From an uncultured Rivularia sp. (lineage in GTDB: Bacteria > Cyanobacteriota > Cyanobacteriia > Cyanobacteriales > Nostocaceae): a DNA stretch of 64,000 nucleotides. Location: contig OY762007.1 of the NCBI GenBank assembly GCA_963665115.1, positions 4,448,001 through 4,512,000 on the forward strand, given 5' to 3'. Shown piece after piece: positions 21,553 to 32,280 of the stretch (positions are counted from its first letter, which is position 1; each line of letters opens with the position of its first letter). Made by a program: the position numbers and the translations under genes. The notes beneath the pieces were generated by a model. That model saw nothing but the letters and a program-made list of their open reading frames with translations. It was not told the DNA's origin and did no database searches.

Positions 21553-24500
21553 TTAAACCTTACTTGCCTGCGATACATTCTTCAGAGTAGCAACTCTAGA
21601 ATGCAACAATTTTACAAAAGTATCGCTGACTGTATGATCGTTAGTGTTTGCAGCATATAAAATTAAAGTTTCTCGTAGTTGAAATGCTGCATTTGCTTCA
21701 AGGAAGTTTGCTAATAAAAAATAAACTCCGCGAAAACGCGGATCTCCTATATGTTGGTTTAACCTGATTTGGATTTCATCGCTGTCACCAAGAAAGTTTT
21801 GTACTAAGAAGAAATCCATGATTTTATCGTGACGGAAGTACCATTCTTTCATGGGTTCGCCGTTTTTACTTTGCCACTGACGGCTGATAACCATCTTATA
21901 TTTTTCGTCTTCCAAACTGAGTAACTCTTGGTGATATTCTTCGGCATCCAAAGTTGTACCGTCATTCAATCGCATATCGTATACCGATGATGAGAACTTT
22001 TTCAACGGAAATGAATGTCCCCATTCTTGTTTATATTCGGCAGCCATTAAATTATATTGCTGTTCTTGCAAGCGAAATAAATCTGGTTGTTTGCCTTGTG
22101 ATAGCATTTGAGCAACCAAAGTTAAATCCATTGGGTTAGAAAGTACCCGTTCGATTGCGTCTAATTCTTCTTGTGGTTGTTTATTATTAAAAGCTTGTTT
22201 GAGATATTTTTTGCAGGCTTTTTCGTATGCAGCACCTTGTACGGTAATATCTTCACTGTTGTGTAATTGGCGAGAAACTAAAAATTCTTCTATTTGTTGT
22301 TGTTGTAATGGTTTTAAATAAAATATTTTAGCCGTCGTCGGGGGTTCCCATTCCAAGGGTTGAGTAGTCATGATGATATTACCTCGGAAATAGCTTTCGA
22401 CAAACTGTTTAATTTGCGATCGCGTATCTGCTGTAACTTCATTTAATCCATCGATACAAATATCAATCGCACCGCTATAAATCAAGTTTTTCAGAAATCC
22501 AGCATCTTGTGCTTGCCCGTGTAACTTTGCTTGAATCGCTGCAATTACACCTTTTTCGCATTTGCTAGCAGGTAAATATACTACTGTTCGTTGAGAAGTT
22601 TTGGCTAGATGTCGCAGAAACATTGATTTTCCTAAGCCGGAATCACCAATTAAGACAGTTTGTCCTTTAATATTTGGTATTGCTGCGGTGATTGGGAGAA
22701 ATTGTTTAGAATTGGGATTTTTGATAATTCTTGATGATGAAAAGTAGGATTTTTCGGTAAAGTTATCTAATTTAGCATCTGCGAGTAAAGAAGGTTGGAA
22801 TGGTTGAAAGAGTTTACGACGAAGGAAAGGAACCCAGGTAAGGAGAAAGCCAACGTAAACCATACCGAAAATTTTTCTTACCCAAGGATTCCAGAAAAAG
22901 ATGGCTTGGATTTGGGGAGATTTCGGGTAAGCAAAGATGAGTAAAAGCCAAAAAGCAGCGTGAATGAAGATGATATTTCTGAAATTGAAAAACCAACGCC
23001 AACCTTTGAGTTTTATGATTACCGATTCGATGGAATCAGCTTCGTTGTATCCTGCTTTTTTGAGATTATTGTAATGGGTTTGCAGTAAAACGATGTCTTG
23101 GGGTTGCCAGGAAACGAGTTTGGTAACTTGAACGATTTTATCAGCTAAGTCTTTGCGTAATCTTAAGTCTTGGCTGGGCTGCCAAATTTTATCAAAGAGT
23201 TGTAAAGTTTTTTTCGCTTCCTTGTGGGTGAGTTTGGTGGGGATTTTTTTGCTGTCGTAATGTGCAAGCCATTTTAGTAAAGTTTTGACATCTTCAGTTC
23301 CACCAGCGAGGAAATAGGTTAGGAAGCGCCAAAAGTATAAGTTTGGTTGCTCTGGGTAATAGAAGTTGTTTAAAACCAATAGAACTTGATTTAAACTAAA
23401 CTTTTCAATTTTCTCTAATGCCAAAGCTGCTCCGTAGCGAACATATAAATCAAACTTTTCATCTTTGAGCAAAGCGAGAATATCTTCAGCGTAGGGTTTG
23501 GCTGCATCCCCTAAATTCCCTAAAGCTTCTGCTGCATTACGGCGAACGGATGAATCAACCTTTTCGTCTTTGAGCAAAGCGAGAATATCTTCAGCGTAGG
23601 GTTTGGCTGCATCCCCTAAATTCCCTAAAGCTTCTGCTGCACCACTGCGAACATCTGAATCAACCTTTTCATCTTTGAGCAAAGCGAGAATATCTTCAGC
23701 GTAGGGTTTGGCTGCATCCCCTAAATTCCCTAAAGCTCGTGCTGCACCATAGCGAGCAGATGAATCAACTTTTTCATCTTTAAGGAAAGCAAGAATATCT
23801 TTAACGTAGGGTTTGGCTGCATCCCCTAAATTCCCTAACGCTTGTGCTGCACTACCGCGAACATATGAATTAACCTTTTCATCTTTGAGGACAGCAGCAA
23901 TATCCTCAACGTAAGGTTTAGCAGCATTCCCTAAATTTTTTAATTTTTGTACTGCATGAGCACGAGTCAATGAATCAACCTTTTCATCTTTGATTAAAGC
24001 GAGAATATCTTCGACGTAGGCTTTGGCAACGACTCCTAAATTTCCTAACGCTTTTGCTGCACTGTAACGAACAAATAAATCTACTTTTTCATCTTCGAGG
24101 GACAGCGGCAATATCTTTAACGTAGGGTTTGGCTGCATCCCCTAAATTCCCTATAGCTTTTGCTGCACTATCACGAATATGTGATTCAACCTTTTCATCT
24201 TTAAGGAAAGCAAGAATATCTTCAACATAGGGTTTGGCTATATCTCCTAAATTCCCTAAAGCCTGTGCTGCACCACCGCGAACATATGAGTCAACCTTTT
24301 CATCTTTGAGCAAAGTGAGAATATTTTCAGCGTAGGGTTTGGCTGCATCCCCTAAATTCCCTAAAGCTTCTGCTGCACCACTGCGAACATCTGAATCAAC
24401 CTTTTCATCTTTGAGCAAAGTGAGAATATCTTCAACGTAGGGTTTAGCTACATCCCCTAAATTCCCTAACGCTACTGCCGCACCACCGCGAACATCTGAA

Positions 24501-24796
24501 TCAACCTTTTCATCCTTCAACACATTAGCGGCTTTCTTTGCTATCTTTTTTGCTTGCTGTTGATTTAAATTTTTGAGTTCGTATTCTCCTAACCTATAAA
24601 AAGCAAATCCTTGTACTTCCGGATAAACATCATCCACCGCTGCGACAATTCCGTTAATTTGCCAATCTTTTGGCTCCGGTTTCGCTGCTTCTTTTGTATT
24701 TACCCAAGGTAGAGAAAGTTGAAAAATAAATAAAAATGTAAAAGTAAAAACTAGAAAAAAGGAAAGCTTTCTTCTAATGCTGGTAGATTTAAACAT
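21553..24796 (-). CDS. HEAT-repeat membrane protein with C-terminal NACHT-like P-loop NTPase; apparent +1 frameshift at 24099-24101
   Basis: 35-aa (105-bp) repeats VRxxAAxALGNLGDAAKPYxEDILxLLKDEKVDS in both ORF pieces; GDSGLGKS Walker A, ICIDGLNE Walker B; sister repeat at 23889 has GG where this one has GGG. Confidence 0.8.
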
Positions 24797-25070
24797 TGTT
24801 GGGGAATAAAGGGGAGTTGGGATTGACGAGAAAGCTGACAATAATTTCTTTTATACGAGAAAATTACATAATATAAGCTATAGATAATAGTAAAATATAA
24901 TACTATTAAGCAGCAGTCTAAATAGAAAGTACTGCAATAGTTTACACAAGCTTTATCGTTTGTTTACTTCAGTGTTAATTTTGCGGATTCCTGAATTCTC
25001 AATTCTTGACATTGGTTTGAGAGTGCTTCGATCTCAAGCGTTTTGCAATTAAGCGGTATAAATGAAAAAA

Positions 25071-25102
25071 GGTGCGTTGCGCTCTGCGACAACACACCCT
25101 AC
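25071..25102 (-). repeat. GTAG-type REP-like hairpin, copy 1 of 3 in the local array
   Basis: Minus strand GTAGGGTGTGTTGTCGCAGAGCGCAACGCACC + T6. Confidence 0.85.
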
Positions 25103-25144
25103 GAAATTGATTTTGTTTAAGAATGAAAGTTAATTTCTATAGAA

Positions 25145-25272
25145 TATAGCGCTTTTCACTTAGGTGCAATACAAATCGACCTCACCCTCGTTCCCTCTCC
25201 TTAATAAGGAGAGGGATGTCCGGAGGACAGGGTGAGGTTTAAATGTATTCTACTCAACCAAAAATTGCTATA
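25145..25272. mobile_element. MITE-like element with TATAGC...GCTATA ends enclosing a GC-rich nested hairpin
   Basis: ACCTCACCCT..CCCTCTCCTTA-A-TAAGGAGAGGG..AGGGTGAGGT nested palindromes. Confidence 0.6.
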
Positions 25273-25282
25273 TTTATAAGTT

Positions 25283-25465
25283 TCAACTTGTCAATCTTTT
25301 TTTTAATTCAGCTTCTAATTGTTCGTCTGTGCTAACTACAACTCTCCCCGGTTTTGCTCTCATAATTGAAAGGTAATGTTGAAATGCATTTTCGTCTTGA
25401 GGATGAGATTTTATGTATTTTCGTAATTCTGACTCGGTTAATTGTTTGTAATCTAAATCGCTCAT
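25283..25465 (-). CDS. Small protein, DUF6887-like (cassette B, gene 2)
   Basis: ELRKYIKSHPQDENAFQHYL matches the paralogue at 25801 (ELRQYMLDNRDDKAAFEFYL). Confidence 0.7.
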   Translation of the reverse strand: MSDLDYKQLTESELRKYIKSHPQDENAFQHYLSIMRAKPGRVVVSTDEQLEAELKKRLTS

Positions 25466-25638
25466 TGTAAAATTATTTCTCCATTAGTTAAAATTTCTAC
25501 TTGGATTGTTTCTCCTATTAGCACCACTATTCTTTTTGTTCTTGTATCAAATCTGGTTAATTCTACCGTTTTGAGCAGATTACTTGTTCTAACACACAAT
25601 CTGTAGAAAGAATTTAACTGTTCAATTGTGGGTTCCAC
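25462..25638 (-). CDS. Small protein, DUF6888-like (cassette B, gene 1; below the ORF-track size cutoff)
   Basis: Own translation from GTG: MEPTIEQLNSFYRLCVRTSNLLKTVELTRFDTRTKRIVVLIGETIQVEILTNGEIILQ; AAGGGAG upstream; ATGA overlap with the next gene; homologous to 26001-26189. Confidence 0.75.
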   Translation of the reverse strand: MEPTIEQLNSFYRLCVRTSNLLKTVELTRFDTRTKRIVVLIGETIQVEILTNGEIILQ

Positions 25639-25750
25639 TTATTTACGCTGCTCCCTTACCTTTTATAGTAAACCTTGAGAATATTAATTTTCTCATTAGT
25701 TATGCATAAGTCATCACAGAAGCAGAAAAAAGATAAGATCGGAAAAAAAA

Positions 25751-25782
25751 GGTGCGTTGCGCTTTGCGACAACACACCCTAC
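25751..25782 (-). repeat. GTAG-type REP-like hairpin, copy 2
   Basis: 31/32 identical to copy 1, followed by T8 on the minus strand. Confidence 0.85.
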
Positions 25783-25800
25783 GAAAATAATTACAAAATT

Positions 25801-26001
25801 TTATTTATCTGCTTGATGTTGAAGAATGATTTTTTGCAAATAACTCATATCTTCTAATGATTGAGGTGCTGGGTAAATCGTACTATTTGGGTTTCTAAAT
25901 TTATCTAAATAAAATTCAAAAGCTGCTTTATCATCTCGATTGTCTAACATATATTGGCGTAATTCTTCTCTGCTCATTGAGTCAAAATCTTGGGTAGCCA
26001 T
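25801..26001 (-). CDS. Small protein, DUF6887-like (cassette A, gene 2)
   Basis: MATQDFDSMSREELRQYML...; TAATG overlap with the upstream gene favours ATG 26001. Confidence 0.72.
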   Translation of the reverse strand: MATQDFDSMSREELRQYMLDNRDDKAAFEFYLDKFRNPNSTIYPAPQSLEDMSYLQKIILQHQADK

Positions 26002-26189
26002 TATACAAAACTCCATTCGCCATTTTCTAAAATTACTAATTCTATTTCTTCACCAGCCAGAAAATAAATTACTTTTGTCCTTTCATCTATCCGAATAAAA
26101 TTTATAGCTCTATACATACTAGTTATGGAAGCACTAAGAACAAAACAAGTCTTTAGCTGTTCCGTTGTTGGCAATCCTACTATATTCAT
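26001..26189 (-). CDS. Small protein, DUF6888-like (cassette A, gene 1)
   Basis: PTTEQL...RIDERTK...LAGEEIEL.ILENGE. Confidence 0.72.
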   Translation of the reverse strand: MNIVGLPTTEQLKTCFVLSASITSMYRAINFIRIDERTKVIYFLAGEEIELVILENGEWSFV

Positions 26190-26290
26190 GGTAAATACAC
26201 CCCGAAAATTTAGCCACTATTTTTATTATCCGATACTGCTTCTAAGTCGCAAAGCTCAGCATCATCAAAATCTTAATCTTTACTAAAAAA

Positions 26291-26323
26291 GGTGCGTTGC
26301 GCTAACACGACAACACACCTTAC
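26291..26323 (-). repeat. GTAG-type REP-like hairpin, copy 3
   Basis: GGTGCGTTGCGCTAACACGACAACACACCTTAC; same stem, different loop. Confidence 0.8.
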
Positions 26324-26353
26324 GAAAAATTTCGTTTAATACCAATAATTTCT

Positions 26354-26380
26354 GGAGACGTAGCATTGCTACGTCTCTAC
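26354..26380. repeat. GTAGAGACG...CGTCTC REP family (also 29019-29044, 30597-30621, 50457-50484)
   Basis: Four palindromic copies with conserved arms and variable centres, all downstream of genes. Confidence 0.8.
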
Positions 26381-26384
26381 AAAG

Positions 26385-27804
26385 TTAAAACCTTTTAATT
26401 ATCGCTTCGGCAAATTCGGAACATTTCAAAGGTTCGACTTTGGGTTCCATTAATCTTGCTAAGTCGTAGGTAACTTCACCATTGGCGATCGCCTCTCCTA
26501 ATCCTTTTTTAATCAAGTCTGCTGCTTCTTGCCAGCCCATAAATTCCAGCATCATGACACCAGATAAGATGACGGAACCGGGATTAATTCTGTCTAATCC
26601 GGCGTGTTTGGGTGCTGTACCGTGAGTTGCTTCAAATATTGCGGCATTATCGCCAATATTGGCTCCTGGTCCCATTCCTAAACCACCAACAATCGCAGCC
26701 GCAGCATCTGACAAATAATCGCCGTTAAGGTTCATTGTTGCCAAAATTGAATACTCGTCGGGGACGGGTTTGGATTTGTTGGAAAATACTATCGGCAATG
26801 CGATCGTTTACCATGATTTTTTCTTTCCATTTGCCGTTGCCGTGAGTTTCCCAAATTGCGTTAAGAACCTTTTCTACTTCCTCGACAATTTCCTTTTGCT
26901 TCTCTGGTGTCAGGGAATCATAACCTGGATCTACCATGCGAGCATTATCTTCGTTGGAAATATCGGATTTACTTTCTTTGTTACCCAAAATCCAAGATTC
27001 TCTTTCGGTAACGCACTCGTCACGAAATTCCGCTGTTGCTAGTTCGTAACCCCAATCGCGAAAGGCTCCTTCGGTGTACTTCATAATGTTGCCTTTATGC
27101 ACCAAAGTCACCTGCTGTTTGTCTTTGGGCAACCCTAAAGCCTGTTTAATGGCGCGACGTACCAATCGCTGGGAACCAGTTTTACTGATGGGCTTAATCC
27201 CAATACCAGCGTCTAAGGGAATTTGCTTTTTACCATGTTCGGGAGTAGCGGGAATCAATTCCTCATTCAGCAACTTGATCAGCTTTTGACCAATTTCATC
27301 ACCTTGCTTCCACTCAATCCCCAAATAAATATCTTCGGTATTCTCCCGATAAACTATAACGTTAAGCTTTTCAGGATTTTTGTGAGGTGAAGGAGTACCG
27401 GGATAGTAGCGACAGGGACGCACGCAAGCGTAAAGTTGAAAAATTTGTCTTAATGCTACATTCAAAGAACGAATTCCTCCACCAACGGGAGTTGTCAAAG
27501 GTCCTTTGATAGCAACACCATACTCTTCAATTGCCGTTAAAGTATCCTGTGGTAAATACTGATATGTACCGTATAAGTCGCAAGCTTCATCACCTGCATA
27601 AACCTTGAACCAGTTAATCTGCTTTTTACCGTTATAAGCCTTTGTTACAGCAGCATCTAAAACGAGTTGCGTAGCAGGCCAAATATCTATCCCCGTACCG
27701 TCACCGCGAATAAAAGGAATAATAGGATTATCGGGAACTTGTGGTTCACCGTTTTTAAAAGTAATCTTTTCTCCGGTTGTAGGGGCTTTAAGTTTTTCGT
27801 ACAT
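26385..27804 (-). CDS. icd: NADP-dependent isocitrate dehydrogenase; apparent +1 frameshift at 26760-26763
   Basis: [30 protein letters not shown]; removing one base gives [24 protein letters not shown]...EATHGTAPK. Confidence 0.95.
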
Positions 27805-28225
27805 TACACACTCCGTCGAGGTTAAGCAGCAAGACTTTCAGAATTCTGTCACGTCTTGGTTTTATTAAACAAGGAGTTGCAGTTTTTAAATTCCCCTTCT
27901 AAGCACCATGCCGAGATGTGGAAAAGTGCTTTAACCTTGAATATACAGCAAAATAATCAATCGGGAGATGGAAAACTAGAAAAAAAATTCACAAAAAGTT
28001 AGCAAAAAGCCGCAGAAGGAAAAAACTAATGAGCAGAATTGATCGGTTCGTGAGAAAATATTCCTCTAGACGGGTCAGACGCACCTCCACGATGGCAGCA
28101 AATTTGTATTCATGGAGGCTATTTGTACTCCATTAATTGGCTGCAAGTTTAAAAACCGTCTTTGTTTTATAGAAAATTGTCCTAAAACTTGTTTATTAAT
28201 TGAATTGCGTTTCACGAATAAAAGC

Positions 28226-28949
28226 ATGACAGACCCCCACAATTTCCTACGGTAGTAACAGCGATATTGAATCCCTTAGTCTCCAGTTAACCGAAGGGTC
28301 TGAAAAAAACCAAAAGCAGCTAGTAGAAAAGCTGGCTACTTCTGGTATGTCAGGATTAAAAGTGTTAATGGATTTTTTATCAAAGCGTCGGGATATCCCA
28401 GCAAATATAGTTGATGGCAAAGTCTATCAAGTTCTTTATCAGTCAGATTTTACTGAAACTAAAGAATTTTTAAATAATAATTTTCCTCAAGGAATTGTAC
28501 CGTTAAAATCCGACTGTAATATTGATTACACCGATTTGCAAAAGCTATTAGCAAACCAAGAATTTCAAGAAGCCGACCGTTTGACGCTACAAAAAATGTG
28601 CGAAATTTCCGGTGAGGAAGCCATAAAAAGAAAATGGCTGTATTTTTCCGAAGTGCAAAAATTTCCCATCACCGATTTGCAAACCATTGACAAGCTGTGG
28701 TTAATTCATTCCGAAGGCAAATTTGGCTTTTCCATACAGCGAGAAATGTGGATCGGTTTAAGAAAAAATTGGGAAAATCTCTGGGTAAAAATTGGTTGGA
28801 AAAAAGGCAACAATTGGACTCGCTATCCCAACGAATTCATCTGGAATTTGGATGCACCCAGAGGTCATTTACCTTTATCAAATCAATTGCGCGGAGTTAG
28901 AACTATTTCGTCTTTGCTATCTCATCCGGCTTGGGAAAAAGAAAGTTAG
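28226..28949 (+). CDS. gun4: GUN4 Mg-chelatase activator; apparent +1 frameshift at 28234-28238
   Basis: IDYTDLQKLL..FQEADRLT, DKLWLIHSEGKFGFSIQREMW, APRGHLP, QLRG; upstream MTDP start joins after removing one C. Confidence 0.88.
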
Positions 28950-29100
28950 GAGTAAGGAGTTAGGAGTAAGGAGTTAGGAGTTATAAAATTTACGTTAACG
29001 CTGTAAAAGATTCATCGTGTAGAGACGTTGCAATGCAACGTCTCCCAGTATTTTAATTAATATTGATAATTCAGCAACATTGTATTGTAAATAAGGAATA

Positions 29101-29274
29101 ATGATAAATCTAAGCAAAAAAGAATTCAATGTGATTATTGAACGCGATCAAGATGGATACTATGTTGGAGAAGTTCCGCAACTCAAAGCTTGTTATTCTC
29201 AAGGAAAAACAATTGATGAGTTGATAGAAAATATTAAAGAAGTTATAGAACTTTGCTTTGAAGAAAAAATATAA
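29101..29274 (+). CDS. HicB-like (UPF0150) antitoxin-family protein, orphan
   Basis: Own translation MINLSKKEFNVIIERDQDGYYVGEVPQLKACYSQGKTIDELIENIKEVIELCFEEKI; AAGGA upstream. Confidence 0.8.
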   Translation: MINLSKKEFNVIIERDQDGYYVGEVPQLKACYSQGKTIDELIENIKEVIELCFEEKI

Positions 29275-29345
29275 GTAATAATCTAATAGCTTTCCCAATT
29301 CCCAATCCCTAATCCAAAATCCAAAATCTAAAATCCAAAATCGAC

Positions 29346-30431
29346 ATGGCTAACGTTACTTTAGAAAGCATCAAGCGTAAATTTAACAACGTCACCGCCA
29401 TAGATGACATTACTTTTAGCATTCCAGATGGTGAGTTTTGGGTTTTGGTGGGGCCTTCGGGATGTGGTAAATCTACTATTTTACGAACTATTGCAGGTTT
29501 GGAATCTGCTACTTCTGGCCAACTTTTTATCGGGGACAAGTTGATGAACAACATCCCCGCAAGACAGCGAGATGTGGCGATGGTGTTCCAAAATTATGCG
29601 CTGTATCCCCATATGAGCGTGGCGGAAAATATCGCTTTTGGGTTGAAAATGCGAAAAGTTGACTCGAAAGTGATTCGGGAAAGAGTGGAAACCGTAGCGC
29701 ATTCCCTTTCCTTAGAAAATTTGCTCGAACGCAAACCAAAACAACTTTCCGGGGGACAGCAACAACGGGTAGCTTTGGGAAGAGCGATCGCTCGACAGCC
29801 ACAGGTATTTTTATTAGATGAACCTTTATCAAACTTAGATGCACAGTTACGAGACGATACGCGGGCTGAGTTGAAACAGCTACATCAAAGCATTGGTATT
29901 ACTACGGTTTACGTCACCCACGATCAAGTAGAAGCAATGACCTTGGCAGATAAAATTGTGGTGCTGAGTGGCGGACGAATTCAACAGATTGGGGAACCAC
30001 AAAGTATTTACGCTCATCCTGCTAATCGTATGGTGGCAAGTTTCTTAGGAAATCCGCCGATGAATATTATACCGGCAAAGTACGCGGCTGCGGGTTTTGA
30101 TGTCGATGGTCAATTATTAACTGTTGCTGAAAATATTAAAAACAAATTGCGCTTATCTCAGGGACAAAAAATTGATTTGGGCATTCGTCCAGAAGATATA
30201 CAAATTAATGACAAATCTCAAGCCGAAGATTTACAGGTAGAAGTAAAATTAGTCGAACCTTTGGGAAGAGAAACATTGATTCGCGTAGCTGTATTAGGTA
30301 CTGGAATAATATTAAACGTACAAATTAGTGGAAATATACGTTTTCATGTCGGCGATAAATTGAATTTACAATTAGATTTGCAAAAATTATTTTTATTTGA
30401 TTCGGTTAGTGGGGATAAGTTGTATCCGTGA
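29346..30431 (+). CDS. Carbohydrate ABC transporter ATP-binding subunit (MalK/UgpC type)
   Basis: GPSGCGKS, VFQNYALYPHM, LSGGQQQR, LLDEP, TOBE-like tail. Confidence 0.93.
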   Translation: MANVTLESIKRKFNNVTAIDDITFSIPDGEFWVLVGPSGCGKSTILRTIAGLESATSGQLFIGDKLMNNIPARQRDVAMVFQNYALYPHMSVAENIAFGLKMRKVDSKVIRERVETVAHSLSLENLLERKPKQLSGGQQQRVALGRAIARQPQVFLLDEPLSNLDAQLRDDTRAELKQLHQSIGITTVYVTHDQVEAMTLADKIVVLSGGRIQQIGEPQSIYAHPANRMVASFLGNPPMNIIPAKYAAAGFDVDGQLLTVAENIKNKLRLSQGQKIDLGIRPEDIQINDKSQAEDLQVEVKLVEPLGRETLIRVAVLGTGIILNVQISGNIRFHVGDKLNLQLDLQKLFLFDSVSGDKLYP

Positions 30432-30474
30432 ATTGGGAATTGGGGATTGGAAGATTTTTTAAAGTTTGTATCCA

Positions 30475-30766
30475 ATCCGCCAGGGACTGCAAGTCCCTGT
30501 CTCATAGCGAAAGTCCTCTAAAGAGGACTGAAGAAGTACACACTAAATTTAATGTGGCGGAGTAGTAGTAGTTCATTTCATTTATTCTGACGGGTTGTAG
30601 AGACGTAAAATTTTACGTCTCCCGACCTTTGCGGGGAAAACGAACCCTTGATAATTTATGCAATCGACCAGTAGTGTTCTGTCCCCAGCCGTTTTGGCAG
30701 CTTTTTCCCCAGTCCTATTTATAGGACTTAAGCTATTAGACTGGGACTTGCAGTCCCAGACGGGAT
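30475..30766. mobile_element. Non-autonomous element with ~56-bp double-hairpin inverted ends
   Basis: 30475-30530 is the imperfect reverse complement of 30710-30766; each arm has two internal palindromes; REP copy inside. Confidence 0.7.
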
Positions 30767-30780
30767 AGAATACAACCCGT

Positions 30781-30972
30781 AAAAATGATTCGCGGGTGAG
30801 AAAATTAGTCTCGGAAGCTGGATATATCGCGGCTTTGGCTATGGATGACTTGAAAGAAAAGTTTGCTGGAGAGTCGGAAAATTTGTTAGCGATTGAACGT
30901 TTTAGTCAATCTCGTTTGGATGAATTAGTTGATAAAGCTTCGGGAGGAAACCCGATTACTTGTTCGCAATAA
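30781..30972 (+). pseudogene. Orphan fragment resembling the end of a polysaccharide deacetylase domain
   Basis: Own translation KNDSRVRKLVSEAGYIAALAMDDLKEKFAGESENLLAIERFSQSRL...; no 5' part, begins right after the element. Confidence 0.5.
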
Positions 30973-30988
30973 AGTTAACAGCCTTTGT

Positions 30989-31357
30989 TTACAGCCAATC
31001 CCGAAAAGCTGATACTTCATCGACACCAATTTCAAAGGATGTTGCTTTTCCAGGAGGTGCATTTACGCGAATTCTAGCACTCGAAGCAAGGGGTTCGAGT
31101 TTCATTCCTATCTGGACTATATTGCTGACTATATGCCAGTAAGTTACTATATCCGGAGCATGAATTACTAATGTCAGATATTCTGCATCAATAGTAAGAT
31201 ACCAAAAACAACTTGATATCAATGCTTGGGTAATAGCGTCACAAGATTGGAAGAAGCATTTTCCGGTAGTTCTTTCTAATTCTAAAAGTAACATTTTGTC
31301 GCGTTTTGTTACTTCTGTCGGTGGTAAATCATCCGCATGGAGGAAAGATTTATTCAT
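30989..31357 (-). CDS. Hypothetical protein
   Basis: 122 aa ORF with ATG and upstream GAGGG. Confidence 0.65.
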   Translation of the reverse strand: MNKSFLHADDLPPTEVTKRDKMLLLELERTTGKCFFQSCDAITQALISSCFWYLTIDAEYLTLVIHAPDIVTYWHIVSNIVQIGMKLEPLASSARIRVNAPPGKATSFEIGVDEVSAFRDWL

Positions 31358-31585
31358 AATAATATAAGCCCTCTGTGTTATTCAATTTTGGATTCTGGAT
31401 TTATCCTCTTTATAAAATCCATAATCTACGCAGAGAAGTTTAATTTAATCCGTTAGAATATTGCTAACAATTAACTTAGAAAAGAATTGCTGTTTTATTC
31501 TCTAAGCCCTGATAAATTACAGTTTTTGCATCGTTGCTGCGCTCAACCACGTCATTAACAACATTTGCGAACTTGAATAATTGTC

Positions 31586-31921
31586 CTATCTTGAAACCCA
31601 CTGTAAATCTAACCACATACGTGGGTCGGATTGTTTGATCTTCGACATTGGATCTCTTAACAAACGCGAAGCATTGCGAAATACAATTTGAATTAGCCCC
31701 ATATTTTCGGCGACATCTGTAAGCTTTTGTTTGTGACTTTCTACATAGGATATGATTTCCTCGGGACAATAAATTACTATGTGCTGGAAGCTTTTAGGAG
31801 GTCTTCCCCAGTAGTTTGTGACAACTTTCACATAGCAGCCATCAAGCACCTCTCCTACTTTTGGATAATACTCGCTGATGACTCGAACAAATTCGTTAGC
31901 AAGAGTATCTTCGCTAATCAT
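31586..31921 (-). CDS. Hypothetical protein
   Basis: 111 aa ORF, globular composition. Confidence 0.65.
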   Translation of the reverse strand: MISEDTLANEFVRVISEYYPKVGEVLDGCYVKVVTNYWGRPPKSFQHIVIYCPEEIISYVESHKQKLTDVAENMGLIQIVFRNASRLLRDPMSKIKQSDPRMWLDLQWVSR

Positions 31922-32280
31922 CTGTCAACATATATCTGTAGATTTTAAGGCATTATCAATATAACATATATTCTTTTTTAAATAAATACTATTATTGATT
32001 TATTTCTATTTTAAAAAATGTTTTACAACTGCTATGACCTGTTCTTTTATAAGCAATTATAATGAATAAAATTAACAGTATTGTTCTTATAAGTCGAATT
32101 TATCTTAATAATTATAAGTGTCAGAGAAAAAAATGGTTTCCTTTTAAAAAGAAAACCATCGTAAACGTGCAAAACAGCTATATTTTCTATTTCTACTACC
32201 TAACCACATTAGTTTTTATTGGTTTGTAGTGAGGATTTTAATCCTCTGAAGGGGAGAGTCAATTTTACTACGAACCTTTA

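Noticed and set aside
23380..24520. 105-bp DNA repeats as a mobile element or DGR template/variable pair
   Set aside because: They are in-frame HEAT units; no reverse transcriptase in the window and variation is not adenine-specific
25675..25857. 60 aa plus-strand ORF in the cassette array
   Set aside because: Runs through a REP copy and is antisense to a better-supported gene
25071..26323. Three ~32 bp direct repeats as a CRISPR array
   Set aside because: Spacing is 540-680 bp with genes in between, and there are no cas genes
26385..27804. icd (and cysK, gun4) as pseudogenes or programmed frameshifts
   Set aside because: Single extra base in short homopolymers, no other decay, same pattern in eight unrelated genes
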